A stretch of DNA of 64,000 nucleotides from an uncultured Gammaproteobacteria bacterium (GTDB lineage Bacteria; Pseudomonadota; Gammaproteobacteria; UBA6002): NCBI GenBank assembly GCA_963705725.1, contig CAVPKM010000010.1, positions 1 to 64,000 on the forward strand, in the 5' to 3' direction. Positions 30,501-38,953 of the stretch are shown piece after piece. Numbering within the stretch: position 1 is the first letter of the stretch; each line of letters begins with the position of its first letter. Below the pieces are notes generated by a model that saw nothing but the letters and a program-made list of their open reading frames with translations, made no database searches and had not been told where the DNA came from. The translations under genes were made by a program, and so were the position numbers.

Positions 30501-32318
30501 TTGCTGGCGTATTGCGACGCTCATCATTTCTTTCAGTGAACAGAGCAGTTTTTCTCCTAACTTTGTGCTTGAAAAATCTTGCAATAATTTAATTTGGGTT
30601 AATACGTTGGTGATATCAGCTGGATAAGGTTGATCATAAATAAAAATGGTTTTCCCGGATAAAGGAAGCGAACTCAGTGCCTGCTTTAAAAATAAAAAGG
30701 CAGCTTCTAAAAGCGGTGTTTTGCGCGCTAACCAATCAGAAATATAGCTGGAATCAACTGCTGACATCCACTGAAAATGAGGCGAATTCATCTCACACAG
30801 TGCCGGTTTCAGGTAATGATCAATGATTGTTTCAACAAACTTTGTTAAAAACGCATCTGGATGTTGATAGTTTTTAAAAAGTGGACGCAACCCTTTTTTA
30901 ATTTCATCAATTGATGTCTCGCCGGTCCCCTTTAATAAATCCGCTAACCCGATCAACGCAGTTTGTTCGTCCGGTTGCAGGTATGCCTTCACTCGATTCA
31001 GTAATGCTTGAATAGCTTTTTCATCACAAGTTAAAAAGCGCAGTCCATTAGCTGCGCGTTTTTCCTTCTGCTTAAAAGGCGGTTCAACATGCAAAATAGC
31101 ATGAAGAAGCGGTGTTAACACATCGAATTTAGTTTGAGTATGATATTTGATTTGATCTAATTGCGTGATTAATGATTGCGTGGTCGCAGGAAAATGATTA
31201 AGCGAGGCTCGTGCTTCATCAATGAGTGAGTAGATCGCCGCTAATTTTTCTATCGGAATCAAATCAAAATGCGAGTGACGATATTGACTGGAAAAAGTGG
31301 TTAACACTTCATTTAAGAAATTTAATTTTAAAGTTTGAAGTTCCTGAAACCCTTGGCAGAGATCTGTTAATTCTACATTTAGCGCTTGATTTTTATCCTG
31401 AAAAAAGTAGGCTTTTATTCCAGCGACCCGTTCATTTTCTACGGTTTGATAAAATCCCAATAATTTCGTTTCAGCCGCTTTCAGTAAATTAATAAAAGCC
31501 AGCGAACAAATATCTTCGGTGGTAGCAAGCTTATTTTTTTCAAGAAAAAACGCCATCGAAAGTTGCTGCATGTCAGATACTCGATTTGCGCGCCGATAAA
31601 ACTGATCCGCTAATAACTGATCGCGATCCGTTGAATTAAAAAACCAACTGCGAAGGCCGGTGAGTTTTTTGGTAAATGTGTCTTGAATAGCATCAAAAAG
31701 ATAAGTGGGCTTGTGATCGATTTCTGCCCTCACCCATTTTTGACCTTGTTGTACATTAAACCAATTAATGCAGTGATAACGCCTTTTTACTTTTCCACTC
31801 GCCTGCTGCTCAATATGCGCATGAAACTGATCAAAATGCGGCTTTGAGATAAAGAAAGGATTGACGCTACTTAATTCCATGAGTCTGGCTTCTTCTTCTG
31901 AAATCAGTCGGTGACATTTTGGCTCTGCAGTTAAAATTGAATGAATGCTATCACGCAAATCTTCACAACCAGTTCGCGCTTCAAGGAGGGATTGTAAGGC
32001 GTGAGCACGTCGCGTAATAATTGCTAAATACGGTACTAATTCCGCCACAAATGCAGCTTGCTTCAAACGAAAATGATTTATTTTATTTTCTAAATCTTCC
32101 TTAGAAAGCGACAATAACGTATGGCGATTTTCAATCTCATGAATGCTGTCTTCAATTAATTGATGTTGCTCTACAATAAAATTAAATTGCTGAATTGAAT
32201 CAGAGAGGATCTGAAAGGAAGCCACATCGTCCGAATGAAAAAAATGATAGAATTTTTTTGAGCGATTAAACTGTTCTAAATTTTCTTCAGTTAACATTGT
32301 TAATTTGCAAGCCAACAT
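27519..32318 (-). CDS. 1599-aa mostly alpha-helical hypothetical protein with an internal duplication
   Basis: uninterrupted 4.8-kb ORF, GGAG RBS, ends 2 bp before trbB; no family recognised. Confidence 0.85.
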   Translation of the reverse strand: MLACKLTMLTEENLEQFNRSKKFYHFFHSDDVASFQILSDSIQQFNFIVEQHQLIEDSIHEIENRHTLLSLSKEDLENKINHFRLKQAAFVAELVPYLAIITRRAHALQSLLEARTGCEDLRDSIHSILTAEPKCHRLISEEEARLMELSSVNPFFISKPHFDQFHAHIEQQASGKVKRRYHCINWFNVQQGQKWVRAEIDHKPTYLFDAIQDTFTKKLTGLRSWFFNSTDRDQLLADQFYRRANRVSDMQQLSMAFFLEKNKLATTEDICSLAFINLLKAAETKLLGFYQTVENERVAGIKAYFFQDKNQALNVELTDLCQGFQELQTLKLNFLNEVLTTFSSQYRHSHFDLIPIEKLAAIYSLIDEARASLNHFPATTQSLITQLDQIKYHTQTKFDVLTPLLHAILHVEPPFKQKEKRAANGLRFLTCDEKAIQALLNRVKAYLQPDEQTALIGLADLLKGTGETSIDEIKKGLRPLFKNYQHPDAFLTKFVETIIDHYLKPALCEMNSPHFQWMSAVDSSYISDWLARKTPLLEAAFLFLKQALSSLPLSGKTIFIYDQPYPADITNVLTQIKLLQDFSSTKLGEKLLCSLKEMMSVAIRQQKASLPILPEFLDLVFSLNDESLLADYLETLTHESVDQSNFELFNHPKLIYSINHYPTCYEKVKNALLPYFQVNHWDAALQSALENFDDKTLANEYHFLFIRTRIIDSGFGLKHRSAFNFDDIHLATFIGEERMGALYDFLFRALSQEAIVETGDFAFIEQLLRAPFKEEMAPLQTLFETQRRALRLKNEIQLETDAILDQLSDEKWAEALERLQHHVSLSEMPTSQAYHSQVVHQVLTVLLEQKEKEDASLDTRLMAWCFYRGLRLLLNGKKDQPFCLLYQALETKKPIETSSVAYFFHQVEILPLESLPSEAVSSLRETLTAIQSVLTNDEYAALSHILLLIEGEWVPENQAAFTACFEGPGILAAMRDKMINLIFTRFMLPTIHDEKSPYFSLAYRLEPDRVSHFLIAARKKIAGEFHFLCKILKNPQLLNGDSIWIHTREEKSTMERALIALTQILDLETWQEKNVGGFLRYRDSLIARFEEALLQFETHPASLTLLPLFEKLGMPSLLDRYLKIWLTDQLNQPGMAEVKTTETLTRFLDRDSIQVALQAYLQENLQKMTLIDAKQLPRVPFVRLKSLQRAQAHFELLVLLNQDRQEKVLRQWIQKQQTWNFSLHTYVEKYADAAVKQHYRFLYLQSCLVLAADPYYHAPLPLGNVEAFESLYGKERLQEVYQLIAHYLAAPFHPNRIQGYLDLFESLKDAIGEGARLKAMASAQVERSKLEESIQQEVKDLMALVKSQHFLPAIHWLEKWTFLAEEPISALVSTQAEACVAGAIQSLDAYLSELIESQDLAEVSMIRDALLVHFPQEKVNRLKALSQGAPLKFEGHPALLEDYRRVGLFETYIWAALLREVPELKAVDLTSLKAGMSRLRLENTHTLPSDWVKNRALGVDPHLAAIYEDKAEQIASLLNPLLRIYADFDACGRTTSAVSPSAKRLEKRQARLARDLTHHSKTLIDGANSIWANFFGKPKEAAYLAAEADLKHSLPLLSR

Positions 32319-32666
32319 ACTTCACTCCGCCTTGAATAATTAGTATTTTTATTTTCAGAAAAGTGTTGCATAGTTTTTTTACGTTGTATGTAAGGAAAAT
32401 ATATTTTTTTATATTTATTTTTAATTTGGATTTTTGCCATTAGAAATTTCATGTTCTATGCCACTTATTTTTAATTTCATTCCTTTCCTCCTATTTTATT
32501 TCCTTTCTTTTTCCTATTCCTTTTCCTTTCCAATTCCCCTTAAAAAAAGAAAAGGCAAAGCACTTTCGCGTTATTCACGCGTGAACGACGTGTTAAACAG
32601 AAATTATCGATAATCCAAGATTGAATTGTACCCGCAACTAGGGTACTGGACATTTTTAAAGTACTA

Positions 32667-32930
32667 TTGACCAAGCAGGCGAAAAAAGATTTAACAAAAG
32701 TACCATTGCCTATTGTGCGCAAGTTACTAGCTTGGGTTGATAGTATTGAGAATATAGGATTAAGCGAAGTAAAAAAAGTTCCTGGCTACCATGATGAGCC
32801 ATTAAAAGGAAATAGAGCCGGACAAAGATCTATTCGATTAAGTAAAAGTTATCGAGCTATTTATGTAATAGATCAGGAAGGAAAAATTGAAATACTAAAA
32901 GTACTAGAGGTGAATAAACATGACTATTAA
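32667..32930 (+). CDS. higB: HigB/RelE-like toxin (true start may be a few codons upstream)
   Basis: PGYHDEPLKGNRAGQRSIRLSKSYRAIY, EVNKHDY; GTACCC-N7-GGGTAC palindrome at 32628-32646. Confidence 0.85.
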   Translation: MTKQAKKDLTKVPLPIVRKLLAWVDSIENIGLSEVKKVPGYHDEPLKGNRAGQRSIRLSKSYRAIYVIDQEGKIEILKVLEVNKHDY

Positions 32931-33234
32931 AAAGAAAAGTGACACCACAAAATTTTTGGAAAATTTAGGCGGAGCATTAACTTTTTCCAATTTAATAGAA
33001 TCAATTCGTCTTGGTGAAGAAATATCACAAGTCGAATTTGCACAGATATTAGGCATATCCAGACAAAATTTATGCGATATTGAGCATGGTCGCCGAACAG
33101 TGAGCCCTAAAAAAGCAGTGGATTTTGCGAAGAAACTAGGCTATCCCCCTCAGCAATTTGTTAGATTATGTTTGCAGGATTTAGTAACGCGAGATGGGCT
33201 GAAATTAAAAATTGACGTTCAAGATGCCGCTTAA
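32920..33234 (+). CDS. higA: HigA-like XRE HTH antitoxin
   Basis: SQVEFAQILGISRQNLCDIEHGRR; overlaps and follows the toxin. Confidence 0.85.
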   Translation: MTIKKKSDTTKFLENLGGALTFSNLIESIRLGEEISQVEFAQILGISRQNLCDIEHGRRTVSPKKAVDFAKKLGYPPQQFVRLCLQDLVTRDGLKLKIDVQDAA

Positions 33235-33324
33235 GTGTAGTTAAGCCATTGGACGCAATTTTAATTAAAAACCTGCGGCAAGATCTGTCACTGAATGTCG
33301 TCATAAGATCAATCCCCTTCATCA

Positions 33325-33546
33325 TTACCATTTTTTATAATGATAGTTAACCACTTCTTCTTTAATTTTTTTAAGATTAGGAAGATTAAGCTTTTCCTTT
33401 ATGCGTGATAAATAGGTTGAAACTGTTTTTGGACGAATGCCTAATTCAATGGCAATTTGATTTATGCTGTACCTCTTCTTTATTAAGTCTAAGCAATCAG
33501 ATTCCCTTTTAGATAATTTGATAGGAGTTGAAACATTAAAATTCAT
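33325..33546 (-). CDS. stand-alone LuxR/GerE-type HTH protein
   Basis: LSKRESDCL..IAIELGIRPKTVSTYLSRIKEKL. Confidence 0.85.
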   Translation of the reverse strand: MNFNVSTPIKLSKRESDCLDLIKKRYSINQIAIELGIRPKTVSTYLSRIKEKLNLPNLKKIKEEVVNYHYKKW

Positions 33547-33597
33547 CGCTTCCTCATTTTAGTATTAGTTTTTATTATTACGCATAGGCTTCAATAA

Positions 33598-34071
33598 TTA
33601 ATGCGATTGTTCAATCACTGCTAACGGCAGTATTGGATTTTGTTTTGAGAGCGCTAAATAGTTTTCAACAAATGCATTTGCAATAGCTGGCACCTGATCT
33701 CTTGCCACTGAACACATCTGCCCCCAACCACCCATCTTGCGAATAACTTGTATAATCATGGGGTCATTAAATCTCACGTTCCCATACCGACCACTATAAC
33801 GAATGGCGCTTTCAACTTTTCCCCACGCTTCAAGGGCCATTTGTTTGTGATTTTTCACTAGATACTGCAAGAAATTAGCGGGCTTTGGCATGAAACGCCC
33901 TTCCTGTGGATGATTAAGATGGTGTAATGCCGCTTTCCTTATATCCTCAAACAAATAGCCTTTTAGGGTGCACCAATAAATTTCGAGCAACGTGCTAGTG
34001 ATGGATTTTTGATAGAGTTCTCCTAGCACATTCATCATTTTAATAAATGCTGGCAAATCGGATTGGTTCAT
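33598..34071 (-). CDS. DUF6475-like protein (phage replication-region partner)
   Basis: GRFMPKPA, AWGKVESAIR, FNDPMI..VI..MGGW. Confidence 0.7.
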   Translation of the reverse strand: MNQSDLPAFIKMMNVLGELYQKSITSTLLEIYWCTLKGYLFEDIRKAALHHLNHPQEGRFMPKPANFLQYLVKNHKQMALEAWGKVESAIRYSGRYGNVRFNDPMIIQVIRKMGGWGQMCSVARDQVPAIANAFVENYLALSKQNPILPLAVIEQSH

Positions 34072-35059
34072 TTTTATCTTCTACCGCCATTTTTTGTGAT
34101 ACCCATCGCTGAGTTGCTTTCAGATTGCTTCTAACCAATTTTGAAAAACAAGGTTTTGGCGGAGAATGCGCGTTGTGCCTAAATTGTTCAATGTGAATTT
34201 CATCTTTAAAAATATTGGATAAATCATTAAATAATTTTCCATCAGTATTTAAACCCATATTAAATGGTGTTTTCTTGCAGCCAATAATAGCTTCTTGAAG
34301 CTCTGATTCGTTGTAACCTAAAGCCAATGCTGCTCTGATTGCTAAGGCGTCTTTTTTGTCAAACCGCGTGCGGCGTTGTTTCATCATCTCGTTCCAATAA
34401 GTAAAGAGACGTTGGATAATTTTTTCATCACATGGATCGTTTGAGGGCGGCATCAAAATAGCAGAGAAACTTTCTCTGAAATTCATAGCGACTTCCTGTT
34501 GACCAACTTTTTCTTTTTGCGAACTTCGCATTGTTTCTTCTTCATCGTATTTAACAGATGAACGCGTTTCAACCAAGAATTGGTCTGCTTTTTTTTGCAT
34601 ATCAATAGAAGGAGCAGAATGATAAGGGAAATTTTTATGCTTACTTTCTTCAACAACTTGCCCAACTGAATCATAATTTGCGCTGTGAGCGTGAATTTTG
34701 AAAGTGTTATGGTTTAATTGTGAAGGCGGCACAGGATAATCACTTTTTTTCTCTTTATTATTGAGTACCTGGTGACGGTGCCAACTGGGAATATAACCAT
34801 ATTCCTCTCCTTGAGCCGCATACTTTTCAATAAACCCGACTTCTGCTAAAGCATTCAAGATTATCGAAAAATCCATCTCATCATAAGGTAACACGTCTAA
34901 TTTTAATTGCCGAGGTCGCCAACGAAATCGTCCTTCTCGATCACAACAGGTAAATAATCCAATAAATGCAAAACGAAGGGGTAATTGATATCTCATTTCT
35001 GCTTCATACAATGCTTCATGTCGAAAAAGATCAGGCTTGACGGTTCGTATTCTTGGCAT
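34040..35059 (-). CDS. phage replisome-organiser-like replication protein
   Basis: MPRIRTVKPDLF, FIGLFTCCDREGRFRW, IPSWHRHQ; C-terminal FTYWN..AIIGC..PFNMG.N. Confidence 0.72.
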   Translation of the reverse strand: MPRIRTVKPDLFRHEALYEAEMRYQLPLRFAFIGLFTCCDREGRFRWRPRQLKLDVLPYDEMDFSIILNALAEVGFIEKYAAQGEEYGYIPSWHRHQVLNNKEKKSDYPVPPSQLNHNTFKIHAHSANYDSVGQVVEESKHKNFPYHSAPSIDMQKKADQFLVETRSSVKYDEEETMRSSQKEKVGQQEVAMNFRESFSAILMPPSNDPCDEKIIQRLFTYWNEMMKQRRTRFDKKDALAIRAALALGYNESELQEAIIGCKKTPFNMGLNTDGKLFNDLSNIFKDEIHIEQFRHNAHSPPKPCFSKLVRSNLKATQRWVSQKMAVEDKNEPIRFASIY

Positions 35060-35166
35060 AATATTTCCTTTTAATTAAAATTATTAAGTAGTTTGATATT
35101 AATTGAACTCTCCTGCTTATTGTCGTTGGTAATAATTCAATATTTCTATATAGAAAAAAGAAAAAA

Positions 35167-35595
35167 TCATCTGATCATTCTAATAAAAGCGTATAACGTT
35201 TGTGGCTCGATAACTTTCGAATGGATTTCATCGATGGCCAAATCACGACAGCGCCTAATTAAATCTGGAATAAACCAAGAGGTGAGTACAACAATTGGTG
35301 TAGGTAATTTTTTATGGTAGGATTCATACGCTCGTCTGGTGCTGGCGATTTCCAACCCATGACAGTCTGGTAGTCCAATGTCTAATAAGATTAAATCAAA
35401 AGAATTTTCAATAATTTTAAATGCTTCTTTTCCGGATGAAACCGACTTTATGGTAACTGCGTATTTTTTTAGATACAATTTCATCACTTGTTTGAGTGTA
35501 GGATCATCTTCTACTAGCAAAATATGCGGTTTTCTCTTCGTTTGTCGCGTAGGTTTAAATAAGATGTAATCAGCTTTTGTCTTTTTGCTATTCAT
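35167..35595 (-). CDS. single-domain response regulator (REC)
   Basis: ILLVEDD, LILLDIGLPD, PIVVLT. Confidence 0.88.
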   Translation of the reverse strand: MNSKKTKADYILFKPTRQTKRKPHILLVEDDPTLKQVMKLYLKKYAVTIKSVSSGKEAFKIIENSFDLILLDIGLPDCHGLEIASTRRAYESYHKKLPTPIVVLTSWFIPDLIRRCRDLAIDEIHSKVIEPQTLYAFIRMIR

Positions 35596-35685
35596 GATGA
35601 TGACCTCATTTATAAAATGATCATCCTAAATTAATACCTTACTTAAGGTTAAATCCTTTTATTAATGTTGGCTTAATATAGACAA

Positions 35686-35713
35686 ATTATATTTCTACTT
35701 AACACTATGTCAA
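35686..35713 (-). promoter_or_regulatory. consensus sigma70 promoter facing the REC/replisome/LuxR/trb direction
   Basis: minus strand TTGACA (35713-35708), 16 bp, TATAAT (35691-35686); overlapped by inverted half-sites CTTAAC...GTTAAG. Confidence 0.7.
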
Positions 35714-35726
35714 GAGTTAAGATAAG

Positions 35727-36359
35727 ATGAATGACAAGCAACAAGCAATTGAGCGTGGCAAGCGACTACGGCTTATTAGAAAAATTGCTGGATTAACAAG
35801 AAATCAATTGGCAGAGTCAATTGGTATGACACCTACTACCTTAAGCACGTGGGAAAATGCTAATTTCAATGGCATCACTCTAGGTGGCGGAGAAAAAGTT
35901 ATCACGACTTTATTGAGTAAGGGCGTCCACTGTTCCCTCGCTTGGCTAATGGAAGGGATTGGTCAACCTCCTGAAATTCTTTCCGAGCTATTAGGAAATG
36001 ATTCTATTTCGTTGAAGCCTGAACCAGAAAATAACATCCACAAAGAAATGATCTTTTTTTTACGTTTAAATCCTAAAAGTATCACTTTTCAAATTCGAGA
36101 CCCTCGCCTCATGCCTTTTTTAAAGCCAGGCGACTGGGTGGGCGGCCTTTGGCAAGCACCCAATGCAACCATCATTAATGAATTTTCTATCATTAAAGTC
36201 AATCAAGAGGAAGAAGTTTGCTTAATTCAGGCGGGATCTCAACCTGATCATTATACGTTGTGTTATACCACACAACTTAATTTAGAAACGCTTCCTCTTC
36301 AGCGCTTTGATGTCAAGCTGAAGGAAGTGGCAGTGATTACTCGTCTTTGGCGGAATTAA
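35727..36359 (+). CDS. CI/LvrR-like XRE HTH repressor with degenerate S24-like C-terminal domain
   Basis: RLRLIRKIAGLTRNQLA..TLSTWE, SLAWLMEGIG, LMPFLKPGDWV (the usual catalytic Ser is absent). Confidence 0.8.
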   Translation: MNDKQQAIERGKRLRLIRKIAGLTRNQLAESIGMTPTTLSTWENANFNGITLGGGEKVITTLLSKGVHCSLAWLMEGIGQPPEILSELLGNDSISLKPEPENNIHKEMIFFLRLNPKSITFQIRDPRLMPFLKPGDWVGGLWQAPNATIINEFSIIKVNQEEEVCLIQAGSQPDHYTLCYTTQLNLETLPLQRFDVKLKEVAVITRLWRN

Positions 36360-37522
36360 CGTCTGTTACCAACGTCCTTAGCATCCTCGAGACATTTTTT
36401 TAATTGCTTAAATGTAATGGGTTTAGCCAGCACCCCGATTAGTCCATTATCTAAAAAATATTCAATATCTGCCGGTGTTGTTGTTGATGTAATGCCCACA
36501 AAAAGACTATTGTGATTTATCGTTTGCATAGCCTGTCGCTTTACTGCTAGCCCATCCATATCTGGTAATGAGATGTCAAGTAAGATTAAGTCATACCGAT
36601 GCTCACTTAACGCCACTACCGCTTCTTGCCCTGTTTTGACAAGTTCTGCCTTTGAGTTTAAACGTTGCAATAACGATTGGAGAATTTCAGCTGTTTCGGA
36701 ATCATCTTCAACCAATAAAATTTCGTTGAGCTCAGTTATATATCGAAAAGATTCTAGTGTTTTTTTCTCACCCTTATTTTTATTTAATCTTTTCTCAATT
36801 CTTCTTTCTTCAGAATAGAAAGGAATGATAATCTCAACGCATGTGCCCTTTTCTAATTCACTTTGAATGGTTAAGTTCCCGCCTAATAATCTAATTAATG
36901 TTTGGGCATACGTCAGCTTAAGTGCTGGGTTTAAATAGCTTAATTCTTGTTCTTTAAAGAACGCAGGCAAGTGATTGATATCATTGACGACTCGTTCTGG
37001 AATTCCGATTCCTGTATCAGCAATAGTAAAATGAAGTCGATTTGAATCAGCGAAAACCTTAGCCTTAAGAAGAATTTGTCCTTGCCGAGTATATGTTAAA
37101 GCATTTTGGTAAAGTATTTTAAGGACTTGATATAAATGATAACTATCAATAAAGAATGTCTTCTCTAACAAGACAGGATCAACATTTATAATGTTTTCAA
37201 CGGATTTTTTCTGTTTTTCTTGCTGAATTTTATCAATCAGCGCCATAATATCAGTCGCGATAATCTCTAACTGAAGGCCACTCGTAACCAGATCGTAATA
37301 TTGACCTAACCATTTCGAACGCAAGTGATAAGTAGCTAGCTGCTTTTTAATTTTTTTCAGTTCTTTAATAATCTGGTTATTCTTAGGAGATTTGTCGAGC
37401 GCTTCCAACAGACATTCAATACGGGCACTTGCATTGGAAATTGGGCCACCCATTTCGTGCATAATTAAGGAAAGAAATTTTTTTTCATTGATATGATAAA
37501 AATCAACAGTGTTTTTCGACAT
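36356..37522 (-). CDS. sensor-less hybrid histidine kinase/REC, atypical ATP lid
   Basis: IMHEMGGP, QNALTYT, DTGIGI, degenerate G2 box (NPALKL), REC LILLDISLPD and AKP. Confidence 0.85.
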   Translation of the reverse strand: MSKNTVDFYHINEKKFLSLIMHEMGGPISNASARIECLLEALDKSPKNNQIIKELKKIKKQLATYHLRSKWLGQYYDLVTSGLQLEIIATDIMALIDKIQQEKQKKSVENIINVDPVLLEKTFFIDSYHLYQVLKILYQNALTYTRQGQILLKAKVFADSNRLHFTIADTGIGIPERVVNDINHLPAFFKEQELSYLNPALKLTYAQTLIRLLGGNLTIQSELEKGTCVEIIIPFYSEERRIEKRLNKNKGEKKTLESFRYITELNEILLVEDDSETAEILQSLLQRLNSKAELVKTGQEAVVALSEHRYDLILLDISLPDMDGLAVKRQAMQTINHNSLFVGITSTTTPADIEYFLDNGLIGVLAKPITFKQLKKCLEDAKDVGNRR

Positions 37523-37783
37523 AATTGCTCTTGTCTAAATTAGTAATAGACTAATAGTCATACTGATTTTGAATTTATAACATACACTTTTCGAGTGTTA
37601 ACAGTTATTTTTTTGTCCATACAAAGAAATCTTGTCAATTTAGTATATAACGTAAATTTCTCTTCTTAATGTCTGTTCTAAATCACCAGTTGAAAGGAGA
37701 AGCTCATTATCCACTTGCGGTATACCCTTTAGTCTTTCTCCGTAAGGCGCTGTCCGCCTGTTATATTTTTGGCGCCAAGCCAA

Positions 37784-37799
37784 TGTTCTACGTAGAACA
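37784..37799. promoter_or_regulatory. parS-like perfect 16-bp palindrome
   Basis: TGTTCTACGTAGAACA versus canonical TGTTTCACGTGAAACA. Confidence 0.6.
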
Positions 37800-37816
37800 G
37801 CGCCCACTGACCGAAA

Positions 37817-38820
37817 GATCCCTTATTGATATCTAATTGAGTCTTATATGATCCCTAATATGAATACTTAAGACTATCAATCATTATTGTAAAGAGAGCA
37901 GTCCAATCGCATCATGCTCCCATCTATATCAAACTTTCGAAACCAATTAAGTTTTCTCATCTTTCAAATTCATTTGTGAATAAAAATAATACATGGGGGC
38001 TTTTAATGCATCAGTACAGACTTATTTATTTTTGTTTACATTCAGAAGAGATAAATTCAGCTATTATATTACGCATATATTGGATTTTTTATAGCTGATT
38101 AACAAAGAAAACCAGTCAGATGATATCTATTTGATTTCCAATAGATACCCTTTTGATATCTATTTAACATCTATACTAACTCAAAGCTACACGTAAAAAC
38201 TGACTTCTCTATCCTATCCGAAAGATGTTGATTGATGATTCCCAATATGACCTAAATTGAAAGGATTAAAGTTGAGTATCAATTGGAGATCTATCGAGCA
38301 TCATTTAGATATCAAAAGATAATCATAAAGGAGCTTTTTAAAACTAATGGGGATCAATCAAGGCTCATATGGAACTCAATTAGGCATCATATAAGGATCG
38401 TATAGATATCATTTTAAATTTGAATCTCTCTATCTAATTCGAATAGCTACTTTGTGTGTTTTTAGATTTATGCAAATCGTTATTGATATCAATTGAACAT
38501 CATTTAAGAATCAACTAGACATCTATCAGGCATCATTTGGCGATCTAAAGAGAATCATTAAGGCACCTATTGGGAATCTTATAGAGATCAACCAAGATTC
38601 ATCTAGAAATCAATTGAATATCAAACAGGGTATCATAAAGGCATCAAGCATTAGGCATCAAATAAGGATCATATAGAAATCAAATTAAACTTGAATCTCT
38701 CTATTTATCCAGGTAACTCATGGGGTATTTTAAATTAATACGAATTGATATAGAAATCAATTAAGCATCTTTCAATAATCATTCAGACATCTATAGGGAA
38801 TCATTCGAGGGATCATTTTT
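37817..38820. repeat. phased degenerate 11-bp repeat arrays, candidate oriV or centromere
   Basis: ATC recurs every 11 bp in blocks from 38278, 38353, 38488 and 38756; reverse-oriented GAT blocks at about 37817 and 38122. Confidence 0.75.
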
Positions 38821-38828
38821 CAATTAGT

Positions 38829-38914
38829 AGTAGTAGTATTAAATTACTACTACTTTATATACACGATTTATTTTAAAAATATGTTTGACAGGTCTTTATC
38901 TGTAAGTTTAAAAT
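38829..38914 (+). promoter_or_regulatory. parA promoter region with an upstream inverted repeat
   Basis: AGTAGTAGTA-N6-TACTACTACT (38829-38854); TTGACA (38885), 18 bp, TAAAAT; AGGAG RBS follows. Confidence 0.6.
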
Positions 38915-38953
38915 TTTATTCAAATTTAACCGCAATCTTAAACAGGAGTCGGG

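Noticed and set aside
18621-31492. Short plus-strand ORFs inside trb genes and the giant gene
   Set aside because: Antisense shadows of well-supported genes with no motifs; the same applies to similar ORFs over the kinases and IS elements
33598-36359. Prophage
   Set aside because: Only early-region-like genes; no terminase, capsid, tail or lysis genes in the window
38278-38820. Possible CRISPR or coding repeat
   Set aside because: Period is 11 bp, units are degenerate, there are no spacers and no ORF
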